From an uncultured Candidatus Melainabacteria bacterium (lineage in GTDB: Bacteria > Cyanobacteriota > Vampirovibrionia > Gastranaerophilales > Gastranaerophilaceae), in the NCBI GenBank assembly GCA_934693235.1, contig CAKUUY010000009.1:1688-65687 (forward strand): DNA of 64,000 nt, written 5' to 3'. The translations under genes were made by a program, and so were the position numbers. Positions 34,959 through 43,713 of the stretch are shown in pieces (the first letter of the stretch is position 1; each line of letters starts with the position of its first letter). The notes beneath the pieces were generated by a model. The model did no database searches, had not been told where the DNA came from, and was given only the letters and a program-made list of their open reading frames with translations.

Positions 34959-35831
34959 ATGAATGCAAAATATCTAATCCGAAAAGACCTTAGTGCCCTA
35001 GTGCCTCAGTATCCTAGTAACTTTTATCATAAAAAATCCGCTTTCACTCTCGCAGAAGGTGCTACGCACGTAGCCCACTGGAAAGACTCACGTAAAGTAG
35101 CCTTTACATTGGCAGAGGTTTTAATCACCCTCGGCATTATTGGCATTGTTGCTGCTTTGACTTTACCTACTCTTATTCAAAACCACCAAAAAAGAGTCGC
35201 TGTAGAGGGATTGAAAAAGGAATACTCCATTTTGCAGCAGGCTTTGAAAATGTATCAGGCAGACAATAATGTTGATTTTGACGAAATAGAAACAAATCTT
35301 ACTGGAGAAAAATTTATGCAAACATATATTTTACCATACGTTCAAATAATAGGAGAGTGCAAAGGTACTGCTAAATGCTACAGAAAACCTCCTCTTGCTA
35401 TAGATAGAAAAACGAAATTAGTAATAGGTAATAAATTTTATATTTTGAAAGACGGAGCTTTTTTAGGTATAAATCTAAATAGTACATCCGGAAAAGTTTT
35501 TTATATAGATATTAATGGAGCAAAAGAACCCAATTACGCAGGCAGGGATATATTTTTCTTTTACTATGTTAATAAAAAAACTATTTTAGACGATAAAGTG
35601 CATCCGGAATGTGACAGTGGGGTGAGTTCGTTAAAATCAGGATTATATCCTGGAGCTTATTCTGCTTGTTATCTCCCTTTTACAAGATTTTCAAGAGCGC
35701 AATTGCTTGGGAGTAGTATTGACAGAAGCTGTTCGCGAAATGCGTTGAAATTAGCCGTAGTGGGAGGCGATGCATGTGCAGCATTGATTATGCTGGATGG
35801 CTGGAAGATAGAAAAGGATTACCCTTGGTAA
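34959..35831 (+). CDS. Prepilin-type N-terminal domain protein, family member PL3, with 48-residue leader containing a duplicated prepilin motif
   Basis: ...HKKSA|FTLAEGATHVAHWKDSRKVA|FTLAEVLITLGIIGIVAALTLP...; IDINGAKEPNYAGRDIFFF; C-terminus LDGWKIEKDYPW; AAAGGA SD. Confidence 0.85.
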   Translation: MNAKYLIRKDLSALVPQYPSNFYHKKSAFTLAEGATHVAHWKDSRKVAFTLAEVLITLGIIGIVAALTLPTLIQNHQKRVAVEGLKKEYSILQQALKMYQADNNVDFDEIETNLTGEKFMQTYILPYVQIIGECKGTAKCYRKPPLAIDRKTKLVIGNKFYILKDGAFLGINLNSTSGKVFYIDINGAKEPNYAGRDIFFFYYVNKKTILDDKVHPECDSGVSSLKSGLYPGAYSACYLPFTRFSRAQLLGSSIDRSCSRNALKLAVVGGDACAALIMLDGWKIEKDYPW

Positions 35832-35880
35832 AACTTTTGGACTGTAAACTTTTCAATATTTGAGCCGAGAACAAATATGA

Positions 35881-36480
35881 TTACATATAACCAATTACTT
35901 CTTTATGAATTTCTTCAATCGATTTTGTTGCATCAATTACTTTAATTCTTTTAGGTTCTTGTTTAGCTAATTCTAAGTATCCTTGGCGAACTCTGTTGTG
36001 AAATTCTATTCCGGCACTTTCCATACGATCTTTTTCTTTGCCGACACGTTGCATAGATGTTTCAACGTCAATATCAAATACAAATGTTAAATCCGGCTTT
36101 TTACCATTTGTTGCAAGGTTGTTCAACATGTTAATTCTTTCAATATCAAGTCTGCGCCCATAGCCTTGATAAGCAACGGTAGAATCAATATGCCTATCAC
36201 AAAGAACTATTTTTCCTTGTTTTACAGCAGGATTAACGATTATATCTATGTTTTGGGCTCTATCAGCTAGGAACAAAAATGATTCACATCTGTCAGAAAC
36301 TTCTCCATTATAATTAAGCAAGATTTCTCGAACTTTTTCGCCTAAGCCTCTTCCACCGGGTTCGCGAGTAAGAACAACTTCTTTCCCATTTTTTTCTAAA
36401 TATTCTGCTAATAATTTTATTTGGGTTGTTTTTCCGCAACCGTCAGGTCCTTCAAAAGTAATAAATAATCCTTGTGTCAT
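35881..36480 (-). CDS. tmk: dTMP (thymidylate) kinase
   Basis: FITFEGPDGCGKTTQ P-loop, TREPGG, DRH/ DS motifs; 199 aa. Confidence 0.92.
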   Translation of the reverse strand: MTQGLFITFEGPDGCGKTTQIKLLAEYLEKNGKEVVLTREPGGRGLGEKVREILLNYNGEVSDRCESFLFLADRAQNIDIIVNPAVKQGKIVLCDRHIDSTVAYQGYGRRLDIERINMLNNLATNGKKPDLTFVFDIDVETSMQRVGKEKDRMESAGIEFHNRVRQGYLELAKQEPKRIKVIDATKSIEEIHKEVIGYM

Positions 36481-36576
36481 TTTATTTCTCCGTTTGTTTT
36501 ATTTTAGCACGAAATTCTACAATTTGTATTTTCGCATAAATCGTGGTAAAATAAACGCAATTATAGGAGAGAATTT

Positions 36577-37791
36577 ATGACCACAAAAATTACTAAGCTT
36601 AAAAATAATATTGAATTTGCATATAAAAGAAATCCTGATACTCCAAGAGTTGCATTTTATTTGAATTTTTCATTGAATAATCCGTCATCAAAGGCAGGAG
36701 TTTATTCTTTGATGGTTAGGTTGTTTATGCAAGGAACAAAAAATCGTACGGCTCAACAGTTGTCAGAAGAATTAGATAAGTATGCAATTGAGTTTTCTGC
36801 GGAATTGAAATTAGATTACGTAAAATTCAAGTTTGTATGTTTGAATGAAGATTTTGAGCGAGCAATGGATATTTTTGAAGACATTGTGAAAAATACGACT
36901 TTTGAAGAATTTGAAAAAGAACGTACAAAATTAGAGGGAGAAATTATTGCAGAATTGGATTCCCCGAGAGCTAAAATTATTGACAGTTATTATAAAAATA
37001 TCTATGATGGGCATAATTACGGATTTACAAATACTGTAATTTTGGAAAATCTTAAAAATATCACAAAAGATGATGTTAAAAATGCTTATAAAGAAATTGT
37101 TGGTAATAGTAAAAAAGTTGCTACTTTTGTTGGTGATTTAGATTTTGCAAGGGTTAATAAAATTTTATCTGAAAAGTTTGGAGATTTGGCTCCGTCAGTT
37201 GGAGAATTACCACAATTAAGAAAACCGGAATTGGTTAAATTTAAAGAAGTTGATATAATTCAAGCAGATTTGAATCAGGCACATATTTTAAAAGGTTGGC
37301 TTGTCGGAACTGCTGATAGCAATGATTATCCTGCAATATCTTTGTTGAATATTATTTTAGGGGCAAGCGGTTTGTCTTCAAGATTGTTTTTAGAACTTAG
37401 AGACAAAAAGGGTTTGGCGTACGTTGTGAGAAGTGCATATGATGTTGCAAGATTATCTGCAAACTTTTCGATTTATATTGCAACAGAACCAAAAAATATT
37501 GAAACTTCTTTGAAAGGCTTTGAAGAAGAAATAGAAAAAATTAAGACTAATCTTGTTTCCGAAGAAGAACTTGAAAATGCGAAAAATAATATCTTCGGCA
37601 AATGGGCATTTATTAGCGAAACAAATTCTCAACAAGCCAATTGGCTTGCTCACTATGGGATTATGGGGTTTGGTTTTGATTTCCACAAAAATGCTGTTGA
37701 GAAAATTAAGGCAGTCACTCCTCAAGATATAAAGAATTGTGCTAATAAGTATTTTAATAACAGCTTTGTGTTAACAGTTTTAAAGCCTTAG
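36577..37791 (+). CDS. M16 (pitrilysin/insulinase)-family protein, probably non-catalytic
   Basis: 404 aa with M16 two-lobe layout; the HxxEH position reads GVYSLMVRLFMQGTKNRT (no His/Glu). Confidence 0.65.
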   Translation: MTTKITKLKNNIEFAYKRNPDTPRVAFYLNFSLNNPSSKAGVYSLMVRLFMQGTKNRTAQQLSEELDKYAIEFSAELKLDYVKFKFVCLNEDFERAMDIFEDIVKNTTFEEFEKERTKLEGEIIAELDSPRAKIIDSYYKNIYDGHNYGFTNTVILENLKNITKDDVKNAYKEIVGNSKKVATFVGDLDFARVNKILSEKFGDLAPSVGELPQLRKPELVKFKEVDIIQADLNQAHILKGWLVGTADSNDYPAISLLNIILGASGLSSRLFLELRDKKGLAYVVRSAYDVARLSANFSIYIATEPKNIETSLKGFEEEIEKIKTNLVSEEELENAKNNIFGKWAFISETNSQQANWLAHYGIMGFGFDFHKNAVEKIKAVTPQDIKNCANKYFNNSFVLTVLKP

Positions 37792-37858
37792 ATTTTTTAT
37801 ATTAAGAACGTAAATATTATTTGGTTCAATTCTCTATTTATGCTAATATAAAGTATAT

Positions 37859-38461
37859 ATGGACTTGTTGGAAAAAATAAAAAATTTAAGTAGGAAACAG
37901 AAAGCGTATATTGGAGCTTTTGCTGCAATAGTGGGACTTTTAGCATGGGCTTTTATTTCTGCCGGTGTAATAACCAGTAATTTTAATAGAAGTCAACTTC
38001 AAACAGACCAAGACAGGCAAGAAGCTACAATTGACGGTATTATTCTTACTGAAACAAAGGATGAAAAAAAATATTGGGAAATTTATGGTGAAACCGGAAA
38101 TTATGACAGTAAAAACGGAGTTGCCATGTTAGATAATGTTATAGGAAATTTTTACGATGACGAAAATCAGGTTTCTATGAGTTTTGAATCGTCAAAAGGT
38201 ACTTATAATGAGAAAAAAGAACAAATTATTCTTTATGAAGATACATTTATTGTTCTTAAGGATTTGACGACATTAAGAGCTGACAAACTTATTTGGTCAG
38301 GAAAAGATGTTCCGACTATTGCAGAGGGTAATGTGCGAATTACCAGAAAAAGTGATTTGCTTGCTACTGCTAAAAAGGTTGAAATTAGCCCAAATTATGA
38401 AAAATTTAAAATTATTGGAAATACTGTATCAAAAGTATATAGCGATAAGGAGATTAAGTGA
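37859..38461 (+). CDS. lptC: LptC-like LPS export protein (membrane-anchored beta-jellyroll)
   Basis: N-terminal TM anchor then OstA-like strands (…ILTETKDEKKYWEIYGETGNYDSKNGVAMLDNV…); overlaps the downstream lptA-like gene. Confidence 0.6.
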   Translation: MDLLEKIKNLSRKQKAYIGAFAAIVGLLAWAFISAGVITSNFNRSQLQTDQDRQEATIDGIILTETKDEKKYWEIYGETGNYDSKNGVAMLDNVIGNFYDDENQVSMSFESSKGTYNEKKEQIILYEDTFIVLKDLTTLRADKLIWSGKDVPTIAEGNVRITRKSDLLATAKKVEISPNYEKFKIIGNTVSKVYSDKEIK

Positions 38462-39441
38462 AAAAGTTATTTTTAACACTGATAATAGCATTGTTTGCGC
38501 TTGGAGTTGTAGTTCAGGCTTCTGATTTGGTTATTGAGTCAAAAACTCAAAGTTACAATGAACAAGAAAATAAATTGAAATTTGACGGAGATGTAAAAGT
38601 TTCTGTTGACGATATGAGAATTGTCGGTAGTCGAGCAGATGTTTCCATGAATGGGGAACAAAAACTTGATACTGCAACTTTTTATGACAAACCGTATGCT
38701 TATGAAGTTAAAAAGAATAAGAAAAGGGAAGTTAAAGCAAATATTTTGCAAATGTCATTGATAACAAAGGTTGTGAAAGCTCAAGGTGATACACAATCAA
38801 TTGTTTTTGATGGAAAAACTCCAGTTGTCGTAATAAATGCAAATGAGCAAGAATATGATACAAAAACCGGTTTGATGACCGCAACAGGAGCTGTTACAAT
38901 CAAGTATAAAGATTTGGATACTTTTTCAAATAAAGCAAAAGTTAGAACCGACAAAAACGGTGATTTAAAAGATATTGAATTAATTGGAAATGCTAGAATT
39001 AAACAAGAAAGTAATGATTCTTACGCAGATAGATTTTATTACAGTGCTGGAACAAAAATATTGACTGCTACGGGGAATACAACATCTAAAACTGTTACGG
39101 ATAATGGTGCAACTCTTGTTTTGAGATCAAATCGTCAAGAATACGTACAAGATAAAAATATTTTCAATGCATCAGGAAATGTTCGTGTTTGGTATCAAGA
39201 TTACTACGCTGTAGGCCCAAAACTTACTATTTACCCAAATAAAGTGGGCAAACCGAATGAAGCATTCTTTACCGGACGTTCAAGCATTACACAAGGGGTA
39301 AGAACAATTTATGCAGATAAGATTAAAATGACAATGAACCCGAAAGATTTCCATGCTGACGGGAATACTAGAACCGTAATTAAAAATATAGGTTCCGGGG
39401 ACAATGGAAATAGTGATGGTGGAATAGGATTGGGATTATAA
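38458..39441 (+). CDS. lptA: LptA/OstA-family periplasmic protein (long, duplicated OstA-like module)
   Basis: Signal peptide; repeated K-F-x-G-x-V / A-x-G-N-V strand patterns (FDGDVKV, ATGAVTI, ASGNVRV); follows lptC. Confidence 0.55.
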   Translation: MKKLFLTLIIALFALGVVVQASDLVIESKTQSYNEQENKLKFDGDVKVSVDDMRIVGSRADVSMNGEQKLDTATFYDKPYAYEVKKNKKREVKANILQMSLITKVVKAQGDTQSIVFDGKTPVVVINANEQEYDTKTGLMTATGAVTIKYKDLDTFSNKAKVRTDKNGDLKDIELIGNARIKQESNDSYADRFYYSAGTKILTATGNTTSKTVTDNGATLVLRSNRQEYVQDKNIFNASGNVRVWYQDYYAVGPKLTIYPNKVGKPNEAFFTGRSSITQGVRTIYADKIKMTMNPKDFHADGNTRTVIKNIGSGDNGNSDGGIGLGL

Positions 39442-39442
39442 T

Positions 39443-40222
39443 ATGAGCGAAAAAGAAAAAGTTGATAAGGCCGTAGAATTATATAATCAAGGAAAATACA
39501 AGGAAGCTATTGATGCTTTTAGTTCGGTGTTGGAAACTTGTCAGGACAATGCCGAATTATACAATAATATTGCTCTTTGTTATGCAAATTTGGGAGAGTA
39601 TGAAAAGGCTGAAAAACATTATCTGAGAGCACAGGAGTTAAATCCAAGATTGCCACAGGTTTATATTAATCTTGCGGATATTTATTATAGAAGAAAAGAT
39701 ATGGCGAGTGGAATAGGACTTGTATCAACAGGGTTGAATGAAATTCCTGATAATTTGGTTTTACGTCACTATTTAGCAAGATTTTACATGGAAGATGCAA
39801 AACTTGATCTCGCAATAGATGAACTTGAAAATATTTTAGAAAAACAACCTGATAATTATGACGTTTATTATGATTTAGGGCGAGTGCATTTTGAGCTGGG
39901 AAATTATGCAAGTGCAATTGAAAATTTTGAAAATGTTTTAGAATACAAGAGTGAAAACCCTTGGATTTATTACTATTTGGGAGAAGCTTACGAAGCTAAT
40001 GATGAAATCGATAAGGCTCTTTCAAATTTTTTGAAAGCTATTGCAAGAAACGATTCTTTTGCGCCTGCTTATAAAAAAGCCGGAATTCTATTCTTTGCAA
40101 GAGGTGACTATGAAGATGCTATAGAGTATTTTGAAGACTATATGGAACTTGATATTCCGGAAGAAGAAAAAATCAAAATTAAAGATTTAATAGAAAGAAT
40201 AAGAAAAAAACAAAATGCGTAA
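39443..40222 (+). CDS. Tetratricopeptide-repeat protein
   Basis: 259 aa; repeated A-x-x-x-Y-x-x-A-[LI]-x-x-x-P TPR units. Confidence 0.8.
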   Translation: MSEKEKVDKAVELYNQGKYKEAIDAFSSVLETCQDNAELYNNIALCYANLGEYEKAEKHYLRAQELNPRLPQVYINLADIYYRRKDMASGIGLVSTGLNEIPDNLVLRHYLARFYMEDAKLDLAIDELENILEKQPDNYDVYYDLGRVHFELGNYASAIENFENVLEYKSENPWIYYYLGEAYEANDEIDKALSNFLKAIARNDSFAPAYKKAGILFFARGDYEDAIEYFEDYMELDIPEEEKIKIKDLIERIRKKQNA

Positions 40223-41294
40223 ATATTGGGTTGCTTTATCGTCAATAGAAGAAATTGGCAGTTCTTTTGTCCAAAGACTGTACAATTATTTTGGTGATAT
40301 TGAGAGTGCTTTTAATGCTACGGACTTGTCTTGTATAGATGGGTTGAGTGTAAAAAAAGCTGAGCATTTTTTACGTTTGCGTGATAAAGTTGATGTTGAC
40401 AAAGTTTATAATGCTGTAGTTGAAAGAGGTATTAATTTTTATACGTTTGAAGATGAAAATTATCCTCAAATGCTACGCAATATTGATGATCCTCCATCAG
40501 TTCTTTATTATAAAGGAGATTTATCTTATTGCAATCTTGAAAAAACTCTTGCGGTTGTCGGTTCCAGACGAGCTACGAGTTATGCCAGAGAGGCGCTTTC
40601 TAAAATTGTCTCAGAATTTAGCGGAACGGATATTTGTATAGTATCAGGATTGGCATCTGGTATTGATACAACAGCTCATGTGGCTGCTATTGATAATAAT
40701 TTAAAAACAATTGGTGTAATAGCAAGTGGTTTTGATTTTACATATCCTGCTGCAAATAAAGATTTGTACAAAAGGATTGAAAACGGTTGTGGAGCTGTGT
40801 TATCAGAATATTATCCGACATTTCAGCCTATAAAATTTAGATTCCCTCAAAGAAACAGAATTGTCTCGGGGCTATCTTACGGAACCCTTGTAGCAGAAGC
40901 TTCTTTAAAAAGTGGTGCATTAATTACTGCGAATCTTACATTGGAACAAGGACGAGAATTGATGTGTATTCCTGGGTTGATTACTAATCCTAATACGCAA
41001 GGAATTTATAAATTGCTTAAAAATGGTGCAACGTTAGTAACTTGTGCTGACGACATTTTGGAAGCATTGGGATGGGAAATAAAGGTCGAACAACAGAGTT
41101 TGTTTGATACTCCTGACTTGAGTGATGATGAAAAAATTATTTATGAAACATTAGAAATAGAAGAGAAAAGTGTTGATGAACTTCAGGCTTTTACAAAAAT
41201 AAGTATCGACAATTTGCTTATGTACTTGACAACAATGGAGCTTAAGGGGATAATTAAACAAGTCGACGGGGATAGATATAAGAGAGTGGTATAA
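40215..41294 (+). CDS. dprA: DNA-processing protein DprA (Smf)
   Basis: LAVVGSRRATSYA...IVSGLASGIDTTAH Rossmann-like core and C-terminal winged-helix-like tail; conserved dprA-topA adjacency. Confidence 0.88.
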   Translation: MRKYWVALSSIEEIGSSFVQRLYNYFGDIESAFNATDLSCIDGLSVKKAEHFLRLRDKVDVDKVYNAVVERGINFYTFEDENYPQMLRNIDDPPSVLYYKGDLSYCNLEKTLAVVGSRRATSYAREALSKIVSEFSGTDICIVSGLASGIDTTAHVAAIDNNLKTIGVIASGFDFTYPAANKDLYKRIENGCGAVLSEYYPTFQPIKFRFPQRNRIVSGLSYGTLVAEASLKSGALITANLTLEQGRELMCIPGLITNPNTQGIYKLLKNGATLVTCADDILEALGWEIKVEQQSLFDTPDLSDDEKIIYETLEIEEKSVDELQAFTKISIDNLLMYLTTMELKGIIKQVDGDRYKRVV

Positions 41295-41300
41295 GATAAT

Positions 41301-43607
41301 ATGGCAAAGACGGCTGAAAAAAAAGAAAAAGCATTGGTTATAGTTGAGTCTCCTGCAAAATCAAAGACTATTCGTAAGATTTTGGGTGACGGATATCAAA
41401 TAGAAGCAAGTTACGGGCATGTTCGAAATTTGCCGACCAAAGATCCTGCGACTCAAAACTTAGGTTTTGAAATAGAAAACCATTTTACGCCAAAATTTGA
41501 GGTTATCCCGGGAAAGCAAAATGTTGTAAAAAAATTGAACGATATGGCCAAAAAAGTTGATCGTGTTTACCTTGCATCCGACCCCGACCGCGAGGGAGAA
41601 GCTATTGCATGGCATGTTAGACAAATTTTGAAAATACCTGATGAAAAGATTTCAAGGATTGTGTTTAACGAAATTACACCAAAAGCCGTAAAACATTCCG
41701 TTGAGAACCCACGCGGAATTGATATGGATATGGTTAAAGCGCAACAAACACGTCAGATTTTGGACAAATTAGTAGGTTACAAACTTAGTCCTGTATTGTG
41801 GAAACAAATTGGTAATAGAAATTTATCGGCCGGTCGTGTTCAATCGGTTGCTTTGCGAATGATTTGCGAGAGGGAAGACGAGATTGAAGCATTTGTACCT
41901 CAAGAATACTGGTCAATTCATACTTTGCTTGATAAGGACGGAAAAACATTTGATGCAGAGCTTTCTAAAATCAAAGGTAAAGCAATTGAAAAAACGGTCA
42001 AAAATAAGGATGAAGCTCAAAAGATAGTAGATTTTTTAACGAATTATCCAGATGATTTTATGGTAAGTAAGGTTACTAAAAAATCTACAAAACGTAAGCC
42101 GACAGCTCCGTTTATAACATCAACCATGCAGCGTGCAGCAAGTTCTAAGCTGGGTTTTGGCGTTCAAAAAACGATGCAAGTAGCGCAAAAGTTGTACGAA
42201 GGTATGGAAATTGACGGTACTCCAGTTGGTTTGATTACATATATGAGAACAGATAGTGTTAGGGTTTCTGATGATGCGCAAGCTATGGCTAAGGATTATA
42301 TTTTAGGAAATTACGGTGAAAAATATTATCCGGAAAAACCTAACGTATATGTAAAAGGTAAACAAAATGTACAAGATGCGCACGAAGCTATCAGACCGTC
42401 ATATCCTGAAAGAACTCCTGACAGTATAAAAAAATATCTTGATAATGATCAATATAAACTTTATAAACTTATTTGGGAAAAGTTTATGTCATCTCAAATG
42501 ACAGCTGCAGAAGTTGCAAACAAAACAATTGAAATTACGGCCGGAGATTATACATTGAAAGCAGGGACAAGCAAAGTTACATTCGATGGCTTTTTGAAAG
42601 TTTATAATGATGCTGATGAAGAAGACCAAAAAGATGAAGCTAAAATTCCTGATTTAGAAAAGGATGACAAAGTTAAATGTCGTAAAGTTGAGCCTAAACA
42701 GCACTTTACACAACCGCCTCCAAGATATAATGAAGCATCTTTGGTAAAAGCATTGGAAGAACACGGTATTGGGCGTCCATCTACTTATGCAACAATTATT
42801 ACGGTAATTCAGACTCGTAAATACGTTGAAAAGAAAGATAAAGCGCTTCATCCGACACTTTTGGGTAGAACTGTTTCTAAACAATTATGTTCGCAGTTTG
42901 CAGATATTATGGATTATAAGTTTACTGCAGGCATGGAGACAAAACTCGACGAAATTGCTGAGAAAAAAGCTGTTTGGGATAATGTTTTGCAGGAATTTTA
43001 TACTCCGTTTATTGAAGAAGTTAATAAGGCTTTGAAAACAGGAGAAAGAGTTCGTATTGAAAGTAAAATTAAGTGCCCGAATTGTGGAAAACCGATGGTT
43101 TTAAGAACAAGTAAGTTTGGCACACAATTCTTGGGGTGTTCCGGTTATCCGGATTGTAAAACAATGATGTCTTTGAACGCTTTGTCTGAAGAAAGTTCTG
43201 AAGACGGTCAAAACAAGGAACCTGAGATTTGTGAAGAAAAATGCGAAAAGTGCGGCTCTGATATGATTTTCAAAATGGGACCTTATGGCAAATATATGGA
43301 ATGTACAAACGCTGAATGCAAACATAGAAAGCCATACCGCAAGTCAACAGGTGTAAAATGCCCGAAATGCGGAGAAGGTACTATTGTGGAACGAAAATCA
43401 AAACGTGGAACAGTTTTTTATGGCTGTGATAAGTATCCGAACTGTGATTTTACATTGTGGAATGAACCGACAGGAGAAAAATGCCCTGAATGTGGTTCGT
43501 TACTGGTAAAAAAGGTTTTGAGAAAAGGAACTGTGATTTCTTGTTCTAGTATGAAATGTAATTACAAAAGAGATGCAGAAGAAGTTGCAGAAAACACAGA
43601 ACAATAG
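41301..43607 (+). CDS. topA: DNA topoisomerase I with four C-terminal C4 zinc ribbons
   Basis: LVIVESPAKSKTI, DPDREGEAIAWH (Toprim), ITYMRTDS active-site Tyr; CPNCG...C..YPDC repeats. Confidence 0.95.
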   Translation: MAKTAEKKEKALVIVESPAKSKTIRKILGDGYQIEASYGHVRNLPTKDPATQNLGFEIENHFTPKFEVIPGKQNVVKKLNDMAKKVDRVYLASDPDREGEAIAWHVRQILKIPDEKISRIVFNEITPKAVKHSVENPRGIDMDMVKAQQTRQILDKLVGYKLSPVLWKQIGNRNLSAGRVQSVALRMICEREDEIEAFVPQEYWSIHTLLDKDGKTFDAELSKIKGKAIEKTVKNKDEAQKIVDFLTNYPDDFMVSKVTKKSTKRKPTAPFITSTMQRAASSKLGFGVQKTMQVAQKLYEGMEIDGTPVGLITYMRTDSVRVSDDAQAMAKDYILGNYGEKYYPEKPNVYVKGKQNVQDAHEAIRPSYPERTPDSIKKYLDNDQYKLYKLIWEKFMSSQMTAAEVANKTIEITAGDYTLKAGTSKVTFDGFLKVYNDADEEDQKDEAKIPDLEKDDKVKCRKVEPKQHFTQPPPRYNEASLVKALEEHGIGRPSTYATIITVIQTRKYVEKKDKALHPTLLGRTVSKQLCSQFADIMDYKFTAGMETKLDEIAEKKAVWDNVLQEFYTPFIEEVNKALKTGERVRIESKIKCPNCGKPMVLRTSKFGTQFLGCSGYPDCKTMMSLNALSEESSEDGQNKEPEICEEKCEKCGSDMIFKMGPYGKYMECTNAECKHRKPYRKSTGVKCPKCGEGTIVERKSKRGTVFYGCDKYPNCDFTLWNEPTGEKCPECGSLLVKKVLRKGTVISCSSMKCNYKRDAEEVAENTEQ

Positions 43608-43616
43608 TCTTTGTGC

Positions 43617-43685
43617 TCCTCTCTACGAAGAAGAGAGTTAGAGAGAGGGATGAAAACAGTAGGTTGGGCATCCTCGTCCAACATC
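43617..43685. repeat. CT-rich/GA-rich hairpin plus GTAGG..GTTGG/CCAAC palindrome
   Basis: tcctctct...agagagg (43617-43648) and gttgg-N10-ccaac (43663-43682). Confidence 0.6.
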
Positions 43686-43713
43686 ATAAAAATTACTAAA
43701 GGAATTTATAAAA

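Noticed and set aside
38307-38525. 72-aa alternative-frame ORF across the lptC/lptA junction. Similar cases occur at 40420-40641, 42826-43035 and 47002-47241.
   Set aside because: These are embedded in alternative frames of strongly supported genes, with no independent signals.
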